In this document: piece by piece, positions 29,601 to 39,226 of the stretch
Layout: each line of letters starts with the position of its first letter
Position numbering within the stretch: the stretch's first letter is position 1
Source: Polyangiales bacterium
GTDB lineage: Bacteria > Myxococcota_A > Polyangia > Polyangiales > Ga0077539
NCBI GenBank assembly: GCA_044229975.1
Contig: JBGARZ010000008.1
Location: 256,001-320,000 of the forward strand
DNA: 64,000 nucleotides
Direction of reading: 5' to 3'
Notes under the pieces: generated by a model
What the model was told of the DNA's origin: nothing
Seen by the model: the letters and a program-made list of their open reading frames with translations, nothing else
Database searches by the model: none
Position numbers and translations under genes: made by a program

Positions 29601-31397
29601 TCACGGCGACGGACGCCAGCGGACGACGGACTCCATCGGCATGTACAGGTACCGCTGCGCGCCAGGGCCGATGGAGTTGGTCTCCTCGTAGTGATCACCC
29701 GGCGGCTCGTTGAGGTACGGCGTCACCGGGTCGAGCACGTAGTTGTACGAAGGAACGATGTACCCCAGGAAGTCCTCGCTCAGCCCCGAGACGAAGGCGT
29801 AGCGCACGCCGGGGTTCATCAGCACGAGGTCGCGCAGGTAGGGCGGCGCCGGGGCGGTGGAGAGGTCAGGCGAGTTGGGCATCGCGGTGAGCGCGGGCTG
29901 ACCCCACGACCAGCGCGTGTCGCGCGTTCCGACCCAGAGGTCGGGGTGCAATTCGCCGGGGGCGGTGATGGTCCCGACGGGGCCGACCTGGAGGTAGGTC
30001 ACGCGAGAGTTCACCCACGGCAGGTTGTCGCCCTCGATGGGCTGCGTGCGGTCGAAGTAGAGGAGCTCGCGCGCGAAGATCCCGGTGAGGAAGTACGCGT
30101 GGTAGCCGATGTTCTCGGCCACGGCGGCGATGGGAGCCGTGCGGTACGAGAGCGAGAGCTCGCTCGCGGGGATGTCGGTTCCGTCACGGGTGATGGCGGT
30201 GAGCGCGAGGCGGGCGACGTTGCGGCCGACGGCCTCGGCCTTCGCGAGACCCGACTCGGAGATGACCCCGCCGTCGTGGTCGTTGTCGGGGATGCGCGTC
30301 CCGCCGGGGCCGACCTGTCCGCCGAGGGCGCCGTTGACGAAGACGGTGGTTCCGCCGAGGCCCGCGAGTCCGCGCGAGGCGTCGCCGGTCTCGGTGACGT
30401 CGCGCAGCCAGTGCACGTAGTCGGCGCTGAGCTGGTCGTTGCGCGAGCCCGCGTACTCGGGGTGGGCCGACCAGTTGATCCAGGTGGCGATGGTGTTGCC
30501 GGGCTGATCGAGCTCGGTGAAGCGAACGACCGTGAGCGTGGGGTCGTAGATGACCGGGTCGCGGGTGTCGTTGACGTACGAGCGGGTGTCGCCCATCGCG
30601 TCGGTGGGGAGAGCAGTGGCCACGCGCATGCGGGCCGGGCGCAGCGCCATCACGGCCTGGCGGATGGCCTGCGCGGCGCGTTGGTGGGTGAGCTGCTGGT
30701 ACTCCATGTTGAGCCCGGTCTGGCTCACCGACGGGCCCCAGAGGCCCACCGTGTCGGCGCCCTCGTGGACGTGCGTGGCGCCGATGATGACGCGGTCGAT
30801 GTCGAGCCCGGCGAGCGTCGGGTCGGCGCGTACGGCGTCCATCTCGTTGATGAAGTACCCGACGACGTCGAGCACCGCGAAGACCACCGTGGTGTCGTTG
30901 TAGCGGAACGCGATCGCCCGCACCTCCAGCTCGTCGTGCACGGCGCGCGCGACGCGGGCGTTGCCGAAGCCCGCCATCCAGATGGCGTCGAAGCGGCCGT
31001 TGCCGTTGACGTCGGTGAAGGGCTCGCTGCGCTGCCACTCGTGGTCGCCGTTGCGGTCTTCGAACTCGGTCTCGACGAGGCGCGGGGTGATGCTCGCGCG
31101 GCCCGCCCCGACGTAGAGGCGGTTGTCGCCGGTGGTTCCGCGGCAGTGGTCGCGGCCGGGACACCAGTCGTCGGGGCCCGCGTAGGGGACGGGCCGCCCG
31201 CCGTCGGCGGGGACATCGGTGGCGACAGGGACGTCGCGCACGACGGGGACGTCCACCACGGGGTTGCCGAGATCGTTGGGGGCCGTACCAACGTCGGCGC
31301 GACCGGCGTCCACGGGGGCGGACGCGGGCGGGTCATCGCAGCCCGAGAGCACGGTCGCGAGCGCGGCACCGGCGACCCACGTGCGCAGGTGGTTCAT
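29601..31397 (-). CDS. Neutral/alkaline ceramidase-like lipoprotein
   Basis: ATHVHEGADT, WSAHPE, SADY, NGALGG, APGE, HYEET motifs. Confidence 0.75.
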   Translation of the reverse strand: MNHLRTWVAGAALATVLSGCDDPPASAPVDAGRADVGTAPNDLGNPVVDVPVVRDVPVATDVPADGGRPVPYAGPDDWCPGRDHCRGTTGDNRLYVGAGRASITPRLVETEFEDRNGDHEWQRSEPFTDVNGNGRFDAIWMAGFGNARVARAVHDELEVRAIAFRYNDTTVVFAVLDVVGYFINEMDAVRADPTLAGLDIDRVIIGATHVHEGADTVGLWGPSVSQTGLNMEYQQLTHQRAAQAIRQAVMALRPARMRVATALPTDAMGDTRSYVNDTRDPVIYDPTLTVVRFTELDQPGNTIATWINWSAHPEYAGSRNDQLSADYVHWLRDVTETGDASRGLAGLGGTTVFVNGALGGQVGPGGTRIPDNDHDGGVISESGLAKAEAVGRNVARLALTAITRDGTDIPASELSLSYRTAPIAAVAENIGYHAYFLTGIFARELLYFDRTQPIEGDNLPWVNSRVTYLQVGPVGTITAPGELHPDLWVGTRDTRWSWGQPALTAMPNSPDLSTAPAPPYLRDLVLMNPGVRYAFVSGLSEDFLGYIVPSYNYVLDPVTPYLNEPPGDHYEETNSIGPGAQRYLYMPMESVVRWRPSP

Positions 31398-31460
31398 GGG
31401 CGCGGACGCTACCCCAGGGCGGCGCCGGAGCGGAAGAGTCGGGCGGTGGTGGCGTCGGGT

Positions 31461-32360
31461 TCAGGCTGCCGGATCGGCCAGGATCTCGTCGAGCGAGGTC
31501 AGGGTGACCGCGCGCGCGATCCACGCCGACAGGAGGGAGGAGTCGCCGCAGGTGATGATTCGCTGCCGCGCAGTCTCGTCGACCTCAACACCACGGGCCG
31601 CGAGGACCGCGAGCAGCGCGTTGGCCTGACCAATCGCCTCGCCGCGAGCCTCGCCGCGGGCCTCGCCGCGGGCCTCGCCGCGGGCCTCGCCACGGGCCTC
31701 GCCCTGCTGCGCCGCGGCCGCAACCACCGCTGCGAGTCGAGAGTTGCCGCGCGCCAACAACGCGTCCGCGAGCGCGTCGTCCGCCGCGGCTGCGTCGAGC
31801 AGCGCCTGCACCGGAATGGGCCGAGCGAAGCACACGTCGTCGATCACACTGGCGAGCGGCAGCACCTGCCACACGCCGCCGCGCCACTCGCACACCCGCT
31901 TCTGGCGAGGCCACAGACCGAAGACGCGACGCACGCCCCGCGTGGTCAGGTCCTGGGCCTTCGCGGTGAGGTCGCCCGCGCGCTGGGTGTTCACGACCTC
32001 GAAGGCGACCTCTTCCAGATAACGGGCGCCCGTCGTCGGGTCGATGCCCTCGCGCCGCACGCTCGCGTCCGTGGCGAAATCCGAGCGCTCGTCGGTGCGC
32101 GTGAGCAGGTCGGTCGCGCCTCGCCATCCCGGGCGCAGGTGCGTGAACACCACCGCGTCGAGCTGCATGTGCGGGTCGGCATGGTCGGGCAGCGAGGGCG
32201 ACGCCTGCACGCGCTCCCCACGCAGCACCTCGTAGTCCGTCTCCGGCTCGACCAGGCGCTGATCGACCCGTGGGCGCGGGTCTTCCAGCGGCTCGCCGAA
32301 GGGTCCCGTGCCGTGCCCCGGCGCGGTCCATCCGTGGGTGTGGGGCGTCTTGGGGTCCAT
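31461..32360 (-). CDS. Uma2-like (PD-(D/E)XK) protein with (GEAR)n tail
   Basis: H..LD, TDASV, FEVVNTQ, RGVRRVF; tandem 12-bp GEAR repeats near 31635-31705. Confidence 0.8.
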   Translation of the reverse strand: MDPKTPHTHGWTAPGHGTGPFGEPLEDPRPRVDQRLVEPETDYEVLRGERVQASPSLPDHADPHMQLDAVVFTHLRPGWRGATDLLTRTDERSDFATDASVRREGIDPTTGARYLEEVAFEVVNTQRAGDLTAKAQDLTTRGVRRVFGLWPRQKRVCEWRGGVWQVLPLASVIDDVCFARPIPVQALLDAAAADDALADALLARGNSRLAAVVAAAAQQGEARGEARGEARGEARGEARGEAIGQANALLAVLAARGVEVDETARQRIITCGDSSLLSAWIARAVTLTSLDEILADPAA

Positions 32361-32413
32361 CGACGCCGGATGCTACGCCGCGGGTCGCGAGCGTTCCAGC
32401 GAAGGAAGAACAG

Positions 32414-32866
32414 TCAGCCCGCGCGCGGCAGCGAGACGACCACCAGCGTGAGCCCGGTGCCTTCGGTCGCGCGTTCGAGCGCCGCGCGAACGTCCGCCCA
32501 CGAGAGCCCGCCGAGGCCCGCGCCGATGCGCGGCATCCCGACGCGGGTGACGCCCAGGGTCGCGGCCTCGCGCGCCATCGCAGCCACCGCGCGCTCGATG
32601 TATTCGAGTCGGGCCTCAGTGCGCCAATGCGCCTGGGTGCCGAGGTTGAAGACGGTCGTCCCGCCCTCCTGCCAGACGAAGACGTCCCCCACCTGAAAGC
32701 GTTTGTCGGCGCAGCGGGCCTTGTACTCGGCGTACATCCGCGGCCAGCGCTGCTTGAAGGGGACGGCGATGCCCTTGCCCATCGCGCCCGCGCAGTTGCA
32801 ACCGTGCGCGAGCGCCGTCAGGTCGGGCTGCGCGAAGAGGTCCCCGGTGCGCTCCTCGATGCTCAT
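32414..32866 (-). CDS. Macrodomain protein (TARG1/DarG/Poa1-like)
   Basis: GDLF, AHGCNCAGAMGKGIA, FNLGTQ, MPRIGAGLGGLSW. Confidence 0.92.
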   Translation of the reverse strand: MSIEERTGDLFAQPDLTALAHGCNCAGAMGKGIAVPFKQRWPRMYAEYKARCADKRFQVGDVFVWQEGGTTVFNLGTQAHWRTEARLEYIERAVAAMAREAATLGVTRVGMPRIGAGLGGLSWADVRAALERATEGTGLTLVVVSLPRAG

Positions 32867-32952
32867 GGCGCCGGTGGGTAGCACGGGCTGGTGACGAACG
32901 TGCGACGAGGACACGGTTGACGGGACGCCGGACACGGTGGCGTAGTACGGGC

Positions 32953-34893
32953 GTGAGCGACGCGAACGACAGCTTGAGCTCAAGTCCTCCAACAGTACTG
33001 ATCGTAACTGAGCAGCCAGACATCTATCGGGCGCTACGAGAGTTCCTGCGCTTATACGAGGAGAAGCAGGTTGCATCGGGAGCCTTCTGTGACATGGGAT
33101 TCGCCGACGCGCCGAATGGGCAATGGCGAGTCATGATGCCTTTGGGTATCGATTTTACCGATAATATTTCCGAAGTCATTTCGGACTGCGACCCACACCT
33201 CATAATTCTGATCAATGACGACAGCGAATGGGAGTTCCGGCAGGGTCGCTCGCTACCGGCATTGATCCCTATGGAGCTCGGCTTCGACATCGGAGACAAC
33301 TTCGAGTCATTCGACATCAATATCCCTCGGAAGATCGCCTCGCTGCTTAGCCGAGTGCGCATGCGAGGATGGCTACAGACATCCGGCGACCCACTCGATT
33401 TTGAGCTTCGAGACGCCCACGCAATGTCTAGCTCTGTCCTTTGCAGAACAGCTAAACACGCCGCCGCCGAGAGCCGGCACTGCTTTTTGATATCCTTCCA
33501 CGATTGCTCCGACTATGGGGCGACCTCACTTATCGCGACATTACTGCGTAACCTGCCAATCGACGACACGTCTCATGGCCCCAACAGGCCCACTCCAACC
33601 AAGGCACCCGAGCCACCTTCCTTCGCGCTCGACGGTGCGATCGAAGTCCACGGATTCATCGCGCACTACGAAATGCGCTCGCTCCGCATGCTCGATCACA
33701 TCCTCTGGCAATCGCCCCCTGAGCCAGCGGGTTGGCAGGTGATCCTCGGCGACAACGCATCCGGGAAGACCAGCCTTCTACGTGCAATAGCTCTCTGCCT
33801 CCTCGACCGCAGCGAACGTGATGCCCTCCGCCAGAGTTGGGACACGTGGCTTCGTCGGGGGTCCGCCGACGGCAGCGTCTGTGTCGATCTCACCGAGACC
33901 GATGCCCCAACAGCGTCCCTGAAATTCGCGCTCCAACGTGTCCGCCCCGCGAAGGACACCACTGAATCTTCCGTTGTCGACATTCACAGTTCTGAGCGCA
34001 GCCGCTACGCCGACTTCCTCGCCGCGTACGGTCCGTTCCGCCGCTTCACCGGGGGCGATGCCGAGTGGGTCAAGTCCTTCAAGACCCACCCGCGCCTCCA
34101 GAGCGTCCTCACACTCTTCGATGAGCGCGCTGCCCTCTCCGATGCGCTGGAGTGGCTCAAGGATCTCTGGGTTCGCGCCCGCACCCAACAGCCCACTCCC
34201 CCCGAAGCCGCCTTCCTCGCCGAGCTTCTCTCCTTCATCAATGAGACCGGCTTCCTCCCCGAGGGCGTCACCATCGAGGAGCCCGACGCCGACGGCGTCT
34301 GGTGCCGCGACGGCAACGGTCTCCGTGTGCCTGCGATCGAGCTCTCCGACGGCTACCGCTCCGTCCTGAGCCTCGCGCTCGACCTGCTCCGCCGACTCTC
34401 CGCCGAGCACGGCTACGACAAGGTCTTCGCAACGTCCCCCACGCGCCATGTCGCCCTCGGCGGCATCGTGCTCATCGACGAGGTCGACGCCCACCTCCAC
34501 CCGCGCTGGCAGCAGCGCATCGGGTTCTGGTTCAAGGAGCACTTCCCGCGGATGCAGTTCATCGTGGCGACGCACAGCCCGATCGTCTGCCAGGCCGCGG
34601 ACTCCGTGATGTTGCTCCCCACGCCCGGCGACGACGCCGCGCCGCGCATGGCGACGAAGGAGGAGCTCGACCGCCTTCGCTACGGCGATCTCCTCGACGC
34701 GTTCTCCACCGACTTCTTCGGCGAGCGAGTGACGCGATCACAGGCTGGGCGCGAGAAGCTCGACCGCCTCGCCGAGCTCAACGACGAGATGATCGCTCGC
34801 GAGCTCTCCCCCGAAGAGCATGCAGAGCAGCGGCAGCTCCGCTTGGAGCTCGGAACGACGGGCGCGGTGGCCTCGACCGAGGCAGCGGAGTGA
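32953..34893 (+). CDS. ABC-type (AAA_21/PtuA-like) ATPase with divergent N-terminal domain
   Basis: Walker A GDNASGKT, signature LSDG, Walker B LIDEVDAHLHPRWQ, ATHSP; AT-richer ~220-aa N-terminal extension. Confidence 0.88.
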   Translation: MSDANDSLSSSPPTVLIVTEQPDIYRALREFLRLYEEKQVASGAFCDMGFADAPNGQWRVMMPLGIDFTDNISEVISDCDPHLIILINDDSEWEFRQGRSLPALIPMELGFDIGDNFESFDINIPRKIASLLSRVRMRGWLQTSGDPLDFELRDAHAMSSSVLCRTAKHAAAESRHCFLISFHDCSDYGATSLIATLLRNLPIDDTSHGPNRPTPTKAPEPPSFALDGAIEVHGFIAHYEMRSLRMLDHILWQSPPEPAGWQVILGDNASGKTSLLRAIALCLLDRSERDALRQSWDTWLRRGSADGSVCVDLTETDAPTASLKFALQRVRPAKDTTESSVVDIHSSERSRYADFLAAYGPFRRFTGGDAEWVKSFKTHPRLQSVLTLFDERAALSDALEWLKDLWVRARTQQPTPPEAAFLAELLSFINETGFLPEGVTIEEPDADGVWCRDGNGLRVPAIELSDGYRSVLSLALDLLRRLSAEHGYDKVFATSPTRHVALGGIVLIDEVDAHLHPRWQQRIGFWFKEHFPRMQFIVATHSPIVCQAADSVMLLPTPGDDAAPRMATKEELDRLRYGDLLDAFSTDFFGERVTRSQAGREKLDRLAELNDEMIARELSPEEHAEQRQLRLELGTTGAVASTEAAE

Positions 34894-35693
34894 TCCGGGC
34901 GTCCGTCGCCACCCTCCCCGACGCGACGCTCACCGACCTGCTCACATGGCAGGGAGAGGTCGACGGCGCGGGTGACTACGCAGCGCGCATCGAGGCCGCC
35001 GAGGTCGAGTTCAAGCGCCGCCGACCGCAGGCGCCCTTTCGCCCCGTGATCAGCGCGCTCACAGCGATGTGCTCCGGCTCGCAGCGCTGCATGTACTGCG
35101 AGGACAACTGCGCCGACGAGGTCGAGCACCACCATCCGAAGGCGCTCTATCCCGAGCTGGTGTTCGCGTGGGCCAACTTTCTCTTCGCGTGTTCGCGTTG
35201 CAACCGTCGCAAGTCGACGAGGTTCCCGCTGTTCGCACCCTCCCCGCCAACGATCGTGACCTTCGTACCAGTGAACGCGAAGCAGCCGCTGCCGCCACCC
35301 GCCGGGATATCTGTTCTGCTCGATCCGCGACGGGATGACCCGCACGCGTTCTTACGACTCGACCTGCGGGACACGTTCCAGTTCCGCGCCGCGGCGGCGA
35401 AGGGAAGCGTCGAGCACCTGCGCGCGTCGAAGACCATCGAGGTGCTCGGACTCAACGATCGGAGCGAGCTACGCAAGCACCGTGAGGCGGTCTATGAATC
35501 GCACCTGAGCCACCTGCATCGGGCCGCAGCCGCACGCCGCGACCCCGCGCGCGTGGCGGAAGTCACTCGCATCCGCAACGCGGTGCACGGGCTCTCATGC
35601 GGCATCGTCTGGTTCGAGATGAAGCGTCGTCGGAGCGAGATCTCGGAGGTAGGTGCGGCCTTCGCCGCGATCCCCGAAGCCCTCGATTGGTGA
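34890..35693 (+). CDS. HNH endonuclease (PtuB/TIGR02646-like), translationally coupled to the ATPase
   Basis: CMYCE...EVEHHHPK...W.N...CSRCNRRK; LLDP; TIEVLGLN; GTGA overlap with the ATPase stop. Confidence 0.88.
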   Translation: MIRASVATLPDATLTDLLTWQGEVDGAGDYAARIEAAEVEFKRRRPQAPFRPVISALTAMCSGSQRCMYCEDNCADEVEHHHPKALYPELVFAWANFLFACSRCNRRKSTRFPLFAPSPPTIVTFVPVNAKQPLPPPAGISVLLDPRRDDPHAFLRLDLRDTFQFRAAAAKGSVEHLRASKTIEVLGLNDRSELRKHREAVYESHLSHLHRAAAARRDPARVAEVTRIRNAVHGLSCGIVWFEMKRRRSEISEVGAAFAAIPEALDW

Positions 35694-35745
35694 GGCCGAC
35701 GCGGTCGAGCTCATCGCCCGCGTCGCCCGCCCCTGATCCCTCCGC

Positions 35746-38157
35746 TCACCCCTTCAACCAGAACGCCGTAAACGCATCCCCGCCATCCTGCGGATCAGCC
35801 GCCCGCGACGCCCGCACCCACGGCGACCGCTTGAGGTGCTCGCGCACCGCCAGCTTCAGCGCGCCGGTCCCGTGCCCGTGCAGCACGTACCCCGTCGTCG
35901 ACCCCTGACCGAGCACCCGGTCGAGGAAGGTGTCCACCATCCCCAGCGCGTCGTCGGCCCGCAGCCCCCGCACGTCGCAGGTGTTGGAGTCCACCCGCAG
36001 CGATCGCTCCAACGGCGCATCCGCCGCCACCGCGCCACCGCCGTTGCGAGCACGCCCACCTTCCGCCTCGGCGCCGTCGTCCTTGGCGCTCTCGGCGAGC
36101 ACCTCCTCGACGGTCACCAGCAGCTTCAGCGCCCCGGCCGCCACGCGAACCTGTCCGCGCGACGGCGCCTCCAGCACCTCCACCGTGTTGCCCAGCCGCG
36201 GAACCCACACCTTCATGCCAGGCCGCAGCTCCTCTTCGCGCACCGTCCGTCGCGACACGTTGGCCGGCTTCAGCGCCTCCAGCCCCTTGCCCAGCGCGCC
36301 GTCGAGCGAGGCCAGCTTCGCCACCTCGCTCACCGCCCGCTCCGCCTCGCGGACCTCGGCCTCGCCCGCCTTCTTGCGCCGCAGCTTGGCCTGCGCGTCA
36401 CGCAGCTCTTCGCGCGCGCTCCGCAGCAGGCCCACCAGCTCCGAGCCCTCGCGTGACAAGCGCTCGCGTTCCTTCACGCGCAGCGCGTGCTTCTCCGCTT
36501 CGAGCTCGACCCGCAGCGCCGTGATGACCCGCGACTCCTCCTCGACCGCCGCCCGCGCCAGCCGCGCCGCGCGCTCCTCGTCCTGCAAGCGACGCAGCAC
36601 GTCCTCGCGGCTCCCCGCGTGCTCGGGGAGCAACCCCCTCGCGCGCTCGACCACCTCGGCGTCGACGCCGAAGCGCCTGGCCACCGCCAGCGCGCTCGAC
36701 GCGCCCGGAACCCCCATGGTCACCGTGAACGTCGGCGCCATGCTCGCGAGGTCGAAGCCCACCGACGCGTTGACGAAGCGGTCGTCGCGCACGGCCAGCG
36801 TCTTGAGCAGCTCGTAGTGCGTCGTCACGGCCACCGCCGCGCCGCGCGCCGCCAGCGTCTCCAGCACCGCCGCGGCGAGGGCCGAGCCCTCTTCGGGGTC
36901 GGTTCCGCCGGCGAGCTCGTCGAGCAACACCAACGCACCGGGGCGCACCGCGCGAAGAACGTCCGCGAGGTTGCTCACGTGCGCGCTGAAGGTGGAGAGG
37001 TTCTTGGCGAGCGACTGGTCGTCGCCCACGTCGCAGAACACCGGGTCGAACCAACCGACCCGCGAGCCCTCCTGCACCGGCAACGGCAGCCCCGCGCGCA
37101 CCATCATGGCCGCGAGCCCGAGCGTCTTCAGCGCCACGGTCTTGCCGCCCGCGTTGGGCCCCGACACCACCAGCACCCGACCCGCCCGCAGCGCGAGGTC
37201 GTTGGGAACCACCGCCTCCGACGACAGCGCCAGCAGCGGGTGCCGCGCGCGACGCAGGTCGAGCACCGGCTCGGACTCCGGCTCGATCGCGATGGCCTTG
37301 AGGTCGTCACCGAGCCGCACGATGGCGCCCAGCAGGTCACCCGTCACGCACGCCCGGTGCGCCTCTTCGAGCTCGCGCACTTCCTCACGGCAGCGCTCGG
37401 CGAGCTCCATGAGCACGCGGGCTTCTTCGCGTTCCATTTCGGCGGTGAGCACCTTGAGCTGGTTGCCCAGCACCATCACCGGCCGCGGCTCGATGAAGAG
37501 CGTCGCCCCCGAGCCCGACGACCCGTGCACGATGCCCGGCACCTTGATGTGCGAGTCGGACCGCACCGGCAGCACATAGCGTCCGTCGCGCTGCGTGTAG
37601 AAGCGGTCTTGCAGCACCGCGGCGTACTTCGCGATGAACTCCTCCAGCCGCGCCACGACGCGCCCGCGCATGTCGTGCACCTGCCGACGACAGCGCGCGA
37701 GGTCGGCGCTGGCGCGGTCGGCGAGCGATCCGTCCGGGTCGATGGCGTGGTCGAGCGTGGCCAGCAGTCGGTCGAGGGACTGCTCGCTGTGGAGCGCGGC
37801 CGCGAGCGTCGGGTGCGTGGCCTTGCGGGCCTGCGACCAGCGGCGGAGCGTGTGGGCGGTGCGCATCACCTCGCGGAGCTGGTGCAGCTCCGGGGCGCTC
37901 ACTTCGGCGACGCGTTCGATGCGCGCGATGACCTCGGTGACGTCGGGCAGCGGGCCCGTCGGGATGGGGTCACCGTCGCGCGCGGCGCGCAGCGCCTCGG
38001 TGGTGCGGCGCATGCGGTCGCGGGCGTCGTCGAGGGTCTCGGCGGGCGAGAGCTCGAGCGCGAGGTGCTGGGCCTGGCCGCTCTGGCAGCGGGCGGCGAG
38101 GTGCGCGGTGAGCGCGGGCCATTCGAGGTCGTGGATGGACTTATTGGAAGGTTGCAT
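35746..38157 (-). CDS. mutS2: Endonuclease MutS2
   Basis: SGPNAGGKT, LSTFSAH, LLDELAGGTDP, TTH; C-terminal Smr domain HGHGTGAL. Confidence 0.95.
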   Translation of the reverse strand: MQPSNKSIHDLEWPALTAHLAARCQSGQAQHLALELSPAETLDDARDRMRRTTEALRAARDGDPIPTGPLPDVTEVIARIERVAEVSAPELHQLREVMRTAHTLRRWSQARKATHPTLAAALHSEQSLDRLLATLDHAIDPDGSLADRASADLARCRRQVHDMRGRVVARLEEFIAKYAAVLQDRFYTQRDGRYVLPVRSDSHIKVPGIVHGSSGSGATLFIEPRPVMVLGNQLKVLTAEMEREEARVLMELAERCREEVRELEEAHRACVTGDLLGAIVRLGDDLKAIAIEPESEPVLDLRRARHPLLALSSEAVVPNDLALRAGRVLVVSGPNAGGKTVALKTLGLAAMMVRAGLPLPVQEGSRVGWFDPVFCDVGDDQSLAKNLSTFSAHVSNLADVLRAVRPGALVLLDELAGGTDPEEGSALAAAVLETLAARGAAVAVTTHYELLKTLAVRDDRFVNASVGFDLASMAPTFTVTMGVPGASSALAVARRFGVDAEVVERARGLLPEHAGSREDVLRRLQDEERAARLARAAVEEESRVITALRVELEAEKHALRVKERERLSREGSELVGLLRSAREELRDAQAKLRRKKAGEAEVREAERAVSEVAKLASLDGALGKGLEALKPANVSRRTVREEELRPGMKVWVPRLGNTVEVLEAPSRGQVRVAAGALKLLVTVEEVLAESAKDDGAEAEGGRARNGGGAVAADAPLERSLRVDSNTCDVRGLRADDALGMVDTFLDRVLGQGSTTGYVLHGHGTGALKLAVREHLKRSPWVRASRAADPQDGGDAFTAFWLKG

Positions 38158-38461
38158 GACGAAGCCTTCGGGGACGGGCGTCGGGTCGACGGCGACAGGC
38201 GCGCCGGTAGCGACGATGGATTGGGACCGATCAAGCTGTGGTGGGAGGGAGAGACCGGGTCTAGACCCCAGGACGGGGAACACCGGTGCAGAACGAGCGA
38301 AGCGCGCGGAGTGCTAGCAAACGGGGCGATCGCTCGCAAGGCGAACGGGCAACTGAACCAATGATCACCGAAAATTTGATCGCCCGTCGGACCTGATCGA
38401 CAACGAGTTCGTCGCCCGGCCGAGTGGGGCTTTGAGAGGCGACGCAACGAGGAGAACACCG

Positions 38462-39217
38462 ATGAGCAAGACGCCGACGTACGCCTACGGAACCTTCATC
38501 TGGCGCGAGATCTCGACCCCCGACGTGGCCGCGTCGAAGCGGTTCTACGGCGAGGTCTTCGGGTGGAACTTCACCGACATGCCGATGGGGGAGTTCACGT
38601 ACACGATGATCGGCGCGGGCGAGCGCGGCATCGGCGGCATGACCCCGCTCGACCCATCCACGGGCGCGCCCCCGAACTGGATCAGCACCATCTCCGTCGA
38701 GGACACCGACGCCACGGCGAAGGCCGCTGTCGACGCGGGCGGCACGCAGGTGGTTCCGCCCGGCGACATCGAGGGCTACGGCCGCTTCGCGCTGGTGACG
38801 TCCACCGACGGGACGCTCATCTCGCTGATGCACCAGTTCGACGGCGACCAGCCCGTCGACCGGATGCCGACGGTCGGGGAGTTCTGCTGGGAGCACCTCA
38901 ACACCGCCAACGTCGAAGCCTCGAAGGCCTTCTACGGCAAGGTCTTCGGTTGGGAGGTCGGCACCAACGAGGGCGGCCTCGGGGTGCTCAAGCTCGGCGA
39001 CAAGACCGTGGCGTCGATCACCCCGGCGGATCCCGGCGCGCCGTCGCACTGGCTCACCTACGTGGTCGTCGACGACCTCGCCGCCGCCCGCGCGCGCGTC
39101 GTCAACAACGGCGGTAAGGTGCTCGCCGAGGAGCACGCCGTCCCCGGCATCGGCCGCTTCGCCGTCGTCACCGACAACGTCGGCGCGGTGATCTGCCCCT
39201 TCCAGCCCGCGACCTGA
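38462..39217 (+). CDS. VOC/glyoxalase family protein (two-domain)
   Basis: Two repeats of W.E..T......FY..VFGW ... GRFA...D. Confidence 0.9.
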   Translation: MSKTPTYAYGTFIWREISTPDVAASKRFYGEVFGWNFTDMPMGEFTYTMIGAGERGIGGMTPLDPSTGAPPNWISTISVEDTDATAKAAVDAGGTQVVPPGDIEGYGRFALVTSTDGTLISLMHQFDGDQPVDRMPTVGEFCWEHLNTANVEASKAFYGKVFGWEVGTNEGGLGVLKLGDKTVASITPADPGAPSHWLTYVVVDDLAAARARVVNNGGKVLAEEHAVPGIGRFAVVTDNVGAVICPFQPAT

Positions 39218-39226
39218 TTCGGCTCC

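Noticed and set aside
29691..32696. 1001-aa plus-strand ORF
   Set aside because: Antisense shadow of three well-supported minus-strand genes; an artefact of high GC.
32867..35745. ATPase-HNH pair as a retron (type I-A) system
   Set aside because: No reverse transcriptase in the window and no room for an msr-msd RNA (86-bp upstream gap).
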